The translations under genes and the position numbers were made by a program. The notes under the pieces are model-generated. The model saw nothing but the letters and a program-made list of their open reading frames with translations. It made no database searches and was not told the DNA's origin. Shown piece by piece: positions 63,601 to 64,000 of a stretch of DNA of 64,000 nucleotides; position 1 is the stretch's first letter, and each line of letters opens with the position of its first letter. The DNA comes from Seison nebaliae (taxonomy: Eukaryota): NCBI GenBank assembly GCA_023231475.1, contig JALJEE010000252.1:1-64000 (forward strand), given 5' to 3'.

Positions 63601-64000
63601 TGATAATAAAACTCCATCTGAAATTATTGATTCATTCATAAATCAACAAACAACAACAGGAAGAGGAAGAGATTTGAAGAAATATGTGAAATTGTCTCAA
63701 TTTCATTCAAATTTGGATAAAGTCGATTTTAATACATTACCAATCGAATTATTTGAGAAATATAATAATGATTTAATGAAAGTAATTAATCATTTGACGA
63801 ATGATGAAACAACGAAAATTTTCTCCATTAATCGATGGTTGACATTCTTTCAAATGAATACGTATCATGTCAATCAGAAGAGTATTTTCGATATTTTAAA
63901 ATTATTATTTGCTGAAATCAAAAGGATGGATGAGGAAAGAAAAGAGAATTATTCCAAATTACTCAAATTAACTGGAGTAAGTGAAGGAGTGAAAGAAGAT
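60629..64000 (+). CDS. TRIP12: E3 ubiquitin ligase TRIP12/UFD4, 5' part (exons 60629-60648, 60710-60786, 60866-60907, 60962-61168, 61221 to window end)
   Basis: ARM-region motifs QALGELSGIVLMGDEESLQGLP, RAVTCLVNVLEAYPRS, EQIISILDASSKKYGEQIL..GVINCLKYLDFY..TQKKGFNLIANC. The frame is open to the window end, so the ORF track omits it. The HECT domain would lie beyond the window. Confidence 0.85.

Overview
AT-rich, gene-dense animal genomic DNA in the standard genetic code, with mostly 41-100 nt introns. The exact taxon cannot be determined from the sequence. Recognisable genes are ARMT1/DUF89, a cytosolic HSP70, MEGF6, WSB (WD40-SOCS), a probable APC13, RPL28, GAPDH, unc-104/KIF1A, a very large F-box/LRR protein, CEP152/asterless, DPY30 and the 5' part of TRIP12/UFD4. 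There are also several orphan ORFs, including a possible divergent USP-like protease and three tandem single-pass membrane microproteins. Mobile DNA comprises an internally deleted LINE remnant, a 964-bp foldback/MULE-like element with a 9-bp TSD, and a 15/16-bp minisatellite resembling a transposon end. The most striking signal is in splicing. By my manual gene reconstruction, 44 of 49 introns begin GTT rather than the usual animal GTRAGT, and 13 of 49 end in AAG. This suggests a rewired splice-site recognition code, which needs RNA-seq confirmation.
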